From assembly GCF_000150275.1 (NCBI RefSeq), contig NW_002060943.1, positions 1,416,832 through 1,480,831 on the forward strand: DNA of 64,000 nt, read 5' to 3'. Below the pieces are notes generated by a model that saw nothing but the letters and a program-made list of their open reading frames with translations, ran no database searches and was not told where the DNA came from. Below, in pieces: positions 54,306 through 64,000 of the stretch. This DNA comes from Trichoplax adhaerens (lineage: Eukaryota > Animalia > Placozoa). The position numbers were made by a program, and so were the translations under genes. How positions within the stretch are numbered: position 1 is the stretch's first letter; every line of letters starts with the position of its first letter.

Positions 54306-56446
54306 TTACCATGATATGGTGGTGCAGTAGTTGTGAGATGTAATACAGTAGGACACGAAACATTTCAGAAGGCACTGAAGATGGTTAGTACAGTGTTGAG
54401 TTTGAAGCCAACTTTGATCACACTGGCCACTCCTCTATAAGTAGTTCAAATAGGTAATATAACATCGATCAGTGTTATATCCGACAGCTATTATCACATA
54501 AACATTTTTCTCTAGTTATCCGTGCATCATATCATGTTAGGTTTAATATAAAATACATATAGCAACTTTCAAATTGGGGGGTGGTGTCTATATGCGCTTA
54601 ATACTCCGCTTTCTATAGCTAATTTTGATCAATTGTCGCTATCGATAGATTTAATGCCATAAACGCCTATATCGCAAGCTTTTGTCAGTGCAGTTTTGTT
54701 AAATGATCCTGAAGTAGCATCTAGCTTTAATCTATTCCAATGGCATCCCTGCACGTAGTTCTTTAATAACTTGTTTTAAGCAATGCTTAGGTCGTAATCC
54801 TTTTTAAAATGGTAAATTATTGCTTGGTGAAGTTTGTTGTATTTTAAAACTAGCTTTAACTTTCTGTTCAGTTTTCAGCCAATGCATGTATGCATAAGCT
54901 ATATATTACGCTAACTTTTAACAATATATCTGCCTTGCTCATCTAGTGAGGAATAGAAATATGAAACCTATCCAGTAGCTAAAAAAGCAAGCAATCCTTA
55001 CTACAGCTTTAATACCGCTAGATTGACGGTACTTATTAACACATCTAACCAAATGACATCTATCATTACCATACACTCATCTAATATTTTCAGCTGCTGC
55101 AGTCTCGCAATTATTGTAATCTTTCAATATTTATTAGACAGGATTTAAATTAAAAAAAATATCAACTGTATTTACTAGCCTAGTTTCATTTAAAATTTTT
55201 AACTTTTAAATCTAATCGAGAAAATTTAAATTTGAAATTACAGCTGGTAAAGTTGGTAACAATGTACCTCAAAGGATAATATAACTTTACTTTCAGGTAG
55301 GCTTTTCCATCGATTAAGTTATATCATCATAGCTTATATAACAGACTATCCTTTTTTAATAAATTTCTAAGATATTATTAATGTTGAATGTCATGGAAGA
55401 AATACGAAGATTTTAGGCCAGATATTGTACCAATACTCAATTAAACTGTACGTATATTGCTATTTTAGTACCTTTCTGTCCTAAAGTCGATTTACACTTT
55501 ATTAATTTTTAATAGCTGAACCCTTACTACTCTGTACTACTATTGCAGTGTGCTAAATGCTGCTAATTTTGCATCGATAAAGTTAAGATTACAAATATCT
55601 GTAGTGTTTCGGGTTTCAATCAAAATAATGTTACATAACTGATCAGGAAGAATTTTATAGCAGGCATATAATTACTTAATTAATTGCTGTTTAATTAAAA
55701 TTTTTCAATTTTCACAACTGAAGAAATATTTGAATATCAAAGGATAAATATCATACATCAGTTCGAATTGTTAGCGACTAACCATTATTGTTTTGAATAC
55801 TTTATACTCTCTAGTGTTAACTTTCACTTTGCTGAAGTATGGTGCAATTTTTATTAATTAAAAGTTAATTAAATTGGCTCCAAGATGTCACTAACGAAAA
55901 CTATACCGCTGATTATAGTCTTTGAGATTGAATGTAAATCATCGTAATTGGACTGTTTTCGTAAATTGATCCAATATTATACCTTATCACCTCTACTGAT
56001 TATCTTTTTATAATTATCAATACTATTCTAGAACTCTGAGGTATAACCCTAACAAGATATTCAGTACTTCACAGAGTATCATTAGTGTAATCCTTATTCT
56101 GTTAAAACTTCTTTTAGAAGAAGCTAGATCCCTTTAAACGTGCATAATACCTACTTTCTATCCAGCTATCAGATGAATGGGTAAAAATGTGCACATTCAA
56201 TCTAATACTGATTAAAGAAAGTGAATTATACTGCTATAGCTCTGTATTACTTCTAGTATCGCTATACTGTTAATATCTTTTAACAGATATAGAAGTATAT
56301 TTAAATTCACGATTAAATCTTAAACTCACAACTTGCATATCCACGTATCGCTTCCATGGGTTACTTCTTACAACGTCGGCATGAGTAGTGAAAACAAACA
56401 TGCACATAGCAATAGCCAAGGCCAGAAAAATGGTTGCGTTCTTCAT
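54306..56446 (-). CDS. Secreted 6-Cys knottin-like prepropeptide, paralog C (exons 56446-56330 and 54434-54306): MKNATIFLALAIAMCMFVFTTHA-DVVRSNPWKRYVDMQV|R-SGQCDQSWLQTQHCTNHLQCLLKCFVSYCITSHNYCTTISW*
   Basis: Donor GTT|gtgagt, acceptor ttatag|AGG, phase-0 intron of 1895 bp. Exon sizes (117 and 129 nt) are identical to paralog B. Confidence 0.88.
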
Positions 56447-59400
56447 TCTCTTAATATTGTATACTTTTCCAGCTAAAACTGAAGGTAGTAAAAATAATTT
56501 AACGCACACAATTAATGAAAATTAGATTAAGTTTCGAATTCTTTATGAGTAATAACACTAACTTCTGCTAAGAAATATCATATTGAAGGTCTTATAATGT
56601 TTCAACTTGCTACAGTTGATAAAATCTAATGAAATTTCCATCGACAATTAAAATAAAAATTATAACAATCCACATTAACACTCGAACGCAAATGTCGAAA
56701 GAAAGAAATTAATGGAATTAAATTTGAATGCATTATCTTATTGTTTACTAGCGATTCTCACAATATTAGCTGTTTATTACGAATAAATAACATTGAAATG
56801 ATTTACTTTATGTTCTGTAGGACTTTCTGTAGTGATTTTATGCATAATTGCTTTGTTACTGATTTTTCTCCTATCAAAACAATATTGCATAACTTATTCG
56901 GCAGTGTAGCCATCTGCAGTTATTAAATTCTAAATTTGAAGCGGTATTTTCAACAATGATCTATATCCAGGATTGCGTTTACATTTGCAGATCAGTTTAC
57001 AAGACTGATTCACATGACTGAATCTGTTTATAATTACTGTGTGACTTACAACTATTCCGGTGTAACCAATCTCGCTAAAAATTTTAAATTTATTTCATTT
57101 GATTACGGACACCTACATATAAGAATGTATTCTGCCCACCCAAATATCTTAGCCATATTAACATATAACAAAGTCTAAGCCATTTGATGTAATTAAAATG
57201 CGATATGGTCTAAATATAGTATCCTGCAAGATCATTATCGCATTTAATTACATCAAATCAACTTAAATTTTTCTATACTGCATGTTGAAGTGTCGGAGAT
57301 TTTTGCGCTGACACAATACGAGTATACTCTAATTAACGGAAATTGAAAGATATTATATTTTTTAAACTCTATGATTTACGGTGATATAGCATGCCGTATA
57401 CTTTAATTTATTAATGGTATTAAACTTCATTTGTAATCCATTTTTAAAACAACTTCAGCAAAGTAAACTACCTTATTCGACATTTCGTACGGTAAAAATT
57501 GATATTTTGAAAATCATAAATGTTACGTCTACAGCTTTCAATTCAGAAATTATGTAAGTTCCTTGCAATAACTCTATTCAAGGAATTTATTCTTAAGATA
57601 CTAGGTAGCCTTCAGTTTCGTATTATAGTGCGAACTTATGGCTGTTCTCATAACTGTGCTTCTAACTATTCTTACAGTGAAGTAAGATAATATTAAACGG
57701 ATGGAAATTCACCGTTTACGTTACGATATATTAAGTATTATCAACTATTGATGTAATCTCTCATTCGAATATAAATCTGTAGTAATTTAAAAGTAAAGTA
57801 TAAATAAATTTTGGCAGTCTAGCAAACACGTAAATCCTGCAATCCAAAATCTTCTAAGTGTTCCTACTAGATCATCAGGTTGAAAAAGCACCATTTAATA
57901 ATTTTATTCTATGTATAAATGGTACTTATCGAGCAATTAAAATACGAAAATTGTATTGCTCAGAAAATAGACTGTATCTGTGCAGCCATATTTACTTTAC
58001 ATAAAAAATATTAGAATAGAACGCATATTCAGAATTCAAATAGCAATACTGCACTTTGTACCATCTCAGAAATCATATCGTTGTTTAGCCTAAACAAATT
58101 AATATTTCTTCGTCTATATCAGACTTAGATGGATTATTAATCCATATGTCTAGCTGCAAATATGTATAGGAGTAAATTAAAGGGACGGTTGTTTATGTCG
58201 TGAATTTTACCAGTTAGTCGTGCATAAAATTGAATATTAGCTTCACATCATTAATTTGCGATGGAGGTATTTTACTCACTTTGATTAAAATTTGCTCTGA
58301 TAAAAAAAGATATTTGGTCTAATGTAGAAATATATGGCATTATTTCTATTTAATTACAATCCATATCAAAAAATCGCAAGATTTATCGTTATTTTATTAG
58401 AATGGAATAAGATGTCTTACCAGAAACGAGATAAGCGATATTTTCTGTGAGGCAGAATAAAACTAAATTCAGATGATCAACCAATGGCAATAATTGATGT
58501 CTGGATGAATATTCCTACGGCTTATATAGACTTTTGTTGGCTACAGCTAAAACAGGAACTTACGTTGTTGTCACTCTCTCTATATTTTTGACTATTTATT
58601 GACTCTCTATTATACGTACAAATTTATTTATTTTGATTAGAATGAAAAGGGATAGATTATCGACGTAGTCAGTAATTAAAAATATGACAAATACCGTAAA
58701 TCAAAAGTAATACTTTATCTGATGACAATTACAGGATAATTAAGTTACGAAATGGGTGCCTGATTGGGGGAATAAATGATTAATACCTAAGTCAGCCTAC
58801 AAGATATTAAATTACTTTTTACTAGTAATTTTATGATTTTATCATCGAATCATATCGAATTCATCATTGTCATTCATCTTCGATTTGTCATTATTTAAGA
58901 ATGTTTCTGCTCAATGCAGCAACAATAATCCATTTTTAGCAACTAAAAGTTTGATTTAATTATAAAAATATTCAATAGATTCACTATGTAACATCTGTAG
59001 CTATTTGTTTTCTGTTCAATCAATTTAATACACTTTTATTCGATAATCGACCAATTGTGTGATAAGTCAGCATTCAGTATTTAGATTGGATATACGATAT
59101 TATCATTAGCTGAAGATCAACCTATCTATTTATAAAATACTAGAGTATTCTTAGTCATAGATATTTAGTTGTAATACATTTGGCGTCGTAATTGGATAAA
59201 CATTTAGGTCAATTAAATAGATAATTAAATTTTCTAACCCTAGTTTTCTAATTGCAATCAACAGTTTCATGAAAGACAATTCATTCAGTCACATTTTATA
59301 TAAAAACATTGTTTCATACCAACAATTATAACGTTCTTAAACCCAACCTGCCATAAAAATAAAGATCAAAATGACCACATTATTTGGTCAAGCACTATTT

Positions 59401-61812
59401 TGATTAGACGTAAGCTAAAGTATTATCACCCTTGAAAACAGTAGCTGTTTTCGTATCATAAAGAAATAGATTCCTTATAATACTTAATGACAATTAGATG
59501 CTGTTCGTAAATGATAGAGTAATTTTTGTAGCCAATTTACATTTTTTTAAAAGCTTTCAGGTATCGGTAGATAAAGATCACTTCATGACCTGTAATTTTC
59601 GGGAATATTTAAATTAACTTAAGTCAAAAATGGATACCTCCAATCACGTCGCTTCTTCTATATTGGATTAACCAATGTTCAAGTATCAGTTGCCAGCGCC
59701 AGTTAAAAATAGAGTAATTAGATAATCATGAGGGTAAAATAGGTCATTGATAATTTATGTTCTAAAATTAGGGCAATCTTCAGTGACAGCTGTTTCACTT
59801 TATTTCATTATATACCACTTTATGTCAGACCAATCTTGCAAGTATATTATTAACATCAATAATGGTGAAATAATGAAAATATAGTTAAGCAACTATCGAT
59901 TAATTCTACTGATGGCATGTAGATGCATTAAGGCAATATTAAATATTAACAGCTGATTTAAACAAAAAAGCAAAGAGGTTTTCTTTTATAGTTTGCGAGA
60001 TACTTAGTAAATAATTAATCAGATAACGCAATATAAAATAAAAGCAATTAGATAAGATGCAGAATACCTATGACGACTTATTTATATTTTCTTTCCTAGA
60101 TAATGTTTCACGCTAGAGGTTGAATTCAATGCTGATGTTACATTAGTTAATATTTTATAAAGCAGTACAAGGCAAATTTAGATCTAATAAGGTTATTAAA
60201 CTTTAATTTTCCATTACTTTGATTTATATTCTTTATCTAATATTCCATAATCAATTTAGAAAATTAGTAACTTTTACATGTTTATAGAGCGTAAATAAAA
60301 TATTTAAATAAATTTTTACTATAAATTTTTGGTTTTTGAGAGGTCCTGGATACTATGATAAGTTCGAATATGGTCGATAGATAATGTATGCCTATAAATA
60401 CTGTTCTCTATACATCACTATCTTTAGTTGAGTTAAATTAATATAAAAATGCTATGCTCGACAGTTCCCCAAATTCAATATTAATATATCTTTAAATGGG
60501 AAACTTTGTAGAAACATTTCTTTACTTATCGAAACGTAACTAGCAGTAAAAATATTTTATCATTACCTCATATTTCAACTTGCTTTGACTATCGTGGCTT
60601 CATGTATTTTGTAAAGATACTGAGGTTTTATATTAATTTCTAGCTTTACACGCCTCAAATATACCATTTCGGCTTGGCCATACGGCTATTTATTATACTT
60701 AGAGACTTCGTAAACTTGAAAAATATCTAGCAGTAATATGCTTTATTACTATTTCGATTTACTTTGGCTATCGCAGCTTAAGGATTTTGCGAAGATACCC
60801 AAGTTTTATACAAACTTCTAGATTTTTACACCTCGAACGTATTATTATATTTGTAGCTTGGCAATACGATTTTTATCAGATCCAGAGACTTTATGAGGTA
60901 TAATTAGCGATTTTTGCCATCTGGATAGCTGATCCGATATTAATATACTATTTTGACTACTCCAAATGTTATAAAATTTATAACATAATTTAATTCTAGG
61001 TATTAAAATCCATTAGTAAAACTAATTCTCAACTGTTTAGAAATATTTTGAATTAGCTTAGAGCGATTCGCTTCCAGTACTGATGATTCCTTCATAAATT
61101 TTTGAGCGGATATTATACTTTAGTATTCGTTAACGCCATCAATTTCATGCTAAGTTATAAAGCATGAAGAGAATAACTATATGCTTACAATTATACGTTA
61201 AGAACGCTCACGTTAGAATAAAGGCAAGACATCAATTGAATCTGCTAATACAAAGACTCTTTTAATTTAAGAACCGTATAAAAAATATGAAAATTGGTTC
61301 TTTAAATACCTTTTAATTAAGATTATTTCTGTTGAACTTTCCTAAGATTAATTTAGTGATAATTACATGCATTCGTGAAAAATAAATAACTGATTAAAAT
61401 TAGTCATCCGTTAAGTTACAAAGGACACCCGCCCGGCTTTTCTAGTCACACAGTGATACTTCCATATTTTAAAATTTTATTTGCATGTAGTTGCAACTTG
61501 CTAATAAATTGGAATACGTGCGAGTTCTCACTTAGAACTCAATGAATAATGTTCATCATGGAAAAGTGAAAGAAAATAACAGCAAGTCAATTTTTAAATT
61601 TATAGTTTGAAATGGCAGTAAACATCAACTTTAAATACTTGCTGATGGCATATTGTCTACTGTTTAGTTTTTAAAATTTCATAACAAAAACATTGAAAAT
61701 TCATTATGAACTAAATTTGAAATTCATTTAAATAATCCTATATAATTAGTTTAGCTTGAGTAAGTGTATTTAATGTATTTTAGACTTTTAGCAGGCATTT
61801 GATCTCTATAAT

Positions 61813-62400
61813 TGTCACAACCCTCACTTGTGGCAAAGGAAAGTAAAGAACTCTAGTGTAGTTACTTAAAACTTGGGCTATTTCTCCCAGTACTTTCAGT
61901 TTCTATGAGAGAAGTATTTGAGAACTCGATTTCTCGGCTGATCTCCACAGACAACTGACTAATTATTACACTATTCTTCACGATATGAGTCTTGCCGTTT
62001 CTTGAGCAATTACTTACTATATTCTACAAACACACGCGCTTAAATAGGTTTCTACAGTGAATTCCAATATTAACGAGTGAGAATTCATGCTTTACAAGTT
62101 ACATTAATTAGTATAATACCATTACTAAATATACATGTCGATATTCTCAGACTTAGATAGCTACAAGCTATCAGGTGTTAAGACGCTTAACCTTCGTTCA
62201 TATACAGCTCAATTTTTAGAGATTAACACACCTTATAAACCTACAGTAAATTAACTGCTAACAACTTCTATTTTTATCTCATTTCTACCATCCTATTATC
62301 AGCTACAAGCGCATTAAAACATAGCACATAACCTTATCTTATCTATTCATAAGCATTCATTAATTTACAGTTACTTAATTAGTAACGGCGTACCGTGACA
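61813..62400. mobile_element. 588-bp solo-LTR-like element, copy 1, TSD ATAAT
   Basis: Ends TGTCAC...GTGACA, flanked by ATAAT at 61808-61812 and 62401-62405; near-identical to copy 2. Confidence 0.85.
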
Positions 62401-62577
62401 ATAATATACGGACAGGAACTGCTAATTTCATTAATTTTAAGATTATTATATTACACTTTATAGAAATGCTACCTTACATAAATACACTTCAATAAATATT
62501 ACAGCAAACTGTAATATTTACATCAATTACTTATATCATTGCACTCAGTCTTTTGTTTAATTATAGCTAGAAAGATA

Positions 62578-62627
62578 NNNNNNNNNNNNNNNNNNNNNNN
62601 NNNNNNNNNNNNNNNNNNNNNNNNNNN
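62578..62627. other. Assembly gap (N run)
   Basis: Run of 50 N. Confidence 0.99.
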
Positions 62628-62743
62628 ATCATACTCAACATTACTAATAGTCTACAATCACAATACTAAGTTAATTTACAGATATTAAAGAAATATTCTT
62701 TGAAAATGCATAACTAATTAACAGATAATTTTGACTTTACTAG

Positions 62744-63331
62744 TGTCATAACCCTCACTTGTGGCAAAGGAAAGTAAAGAACTCTAGTGTAGTTACTTAA
62801 AACTTCGGCTATTTCTCCCAGTACTTTCAGTTTCTATGAGAGAAGTATTTGAAAACTCGATTTCTCGGCTAATCTCCACAGACAACTGACTAATTATTAC
62901 ACTATTCTTCACGATATGAGTCTTGCCGTTTCTTGAGCAATTACTTTTTTTATTCTACAAACACACGCGCTTAAATAGGTTTCTACAGTGAATTCCAATA
63001 TTAACGAGTGAGAATTCATGCTTTACAAGTTACATTAATTAGTATAATACCATTACTAAATATACATGTCGATATTCTCAGATTTAGATAGCTACAAGCT
63101 ATCAGGTGTTAAGACGCTTAACCTTCGTCCATATACAGCTCAATTTTTAGAGATTAACATACCTTATAAATCTACAGTAAATTAACTGTTAACAACTTCT
63201 ATTTTTATCTCATTTCTACCATCCTATTATCAGCTACAAGCGCATTAAAACATAGCACATAACCTTATCTTATCTATTCATAAGCATTCATTAATTTACA
63301 GTTACTTAATTAGTAACGGCGTACCGTGACA
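62744..63331. mobile_element. 588-bp solo-LTR-like element, copy 2, TSD ACTAG
   Basis: Ends TGTCAT...GTGACA, flanked by ACTAG at 62739-62743 and 63332-63336. The same flanks recur without the element around 63723-63727. Confidence 0.9.
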
Positions 63332-63430
63332 ACTAGTTTTAATATGATTCCATACTGTAGCCAATTCGACTTTAAATAAATATAATTTCAGTTACAGCAT
63401 ATTATATGAACTAATGATCATAGATATGAA

Positions 63431-63480
63431 NNNNNNNNNNNNNNNNNNNNNNNNNNNNNNNNNNNNNNNNNNNNNNNNNN
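63431..63480. other. Assembly gap (N run)
   Basis: Run of 50 N. Confidence 0.99.
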
Positions 63481-64000
63481 CTCTAACCTTATTAGTAGCT
63501 CAACGTCGAACTGTATATAGTCATAAGTGCTCTAGCATAGAGTCCATCCTTATAGTCTAGAATTATGGGCTACTAAATATATCATAAGATAAATATAGAG
63601 AAAAAAGCACCGTACATCATACTCAACATGACTAATAGTCTACAATCACAATACTAAGTTAATTTACAGATATTAAATATTCTTTGAAAATGCATAACTA
63701 GTTAACAGATAATTTTGACTTTACTAGTTTTAATATGATTCCATACTGTAGCCAATTCGACTTTAAATAAATATAATTTCAGTTGCAGCATATTATATGA
63801 ACTAATGATCATAGATATGAAAATTGAAACAGTAATGTATTCGATGTCATTAGTAAAAATACTAGTTAAAAGTATCTAGGAATAGCATGATTCAAAGTTC
63901 TATATAGGGCTTTTCATTGAGTAATTCATAAATGTTTCCTTGCAAAACTGTACGCAAATTAATGCTATTAAGCATACATTTCCAATGCTATATAATGAAG

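Noticed and set aside
44443-56446. One shared leader exon alternatively spliced to several mature-peptide exons as the primary gene model
   Set aside because: Each mature exon has its own upstream leader exon (30125, 47295, 56446), so three separate genes is the simpler model.
56270-56509. 79-aa ORF as a single-exon gene
   Set aside because: Only 56446-56330 is coding (paralog C exon 1); the rest is intron or UTR read-through.
61813-63331. A single LTR retrotransposon with two LTRs spanning the gap
   Set aside because: Each copy carries its own distinct TSD on both sides, and the sequence before copy 2 is host flank seen again at the empty site.

Overview
AT-rich, intron-containing animal genomic DNA. 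The short introns, single-exon rhodopsin-type GPCR and gene content are consistent with a compact early-branching metazoan such as a placozoan (inference, not verified). The first 25 kb holds four conventional genes: a JHY-like ciliary gene (+), an ADAM metalloprotease with an unusual long Ser/Thr stalk (-), an orphan class A GPCR (+) and SAP130 (+, about 16 exons). The apparently empty 25-57 kb region contains a tandem cluster of three paralogous two-coding-exon genes on the minus strand that the ORF track essentially misses. Each encodes an 81-85 aa prepropeptide: signal peptide, short pro-region, basic cleavage site and a 39-41 aa mature peptide with the framework C-x9-C-x5-C-x3-C-x4-C-x5/6-C plus a 5-residue tail ending in W or F. 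These look like a knottin-like secreted peptide family. Near the window end are two 588-bp TG...CA solo-LTR-like insertions, each with its own 5-bp target-site duplication; the empty site of one is also present. Several tandem repeats and a TACAGTA/TACTGTA-dense island around the SAP130 promoter are also present.
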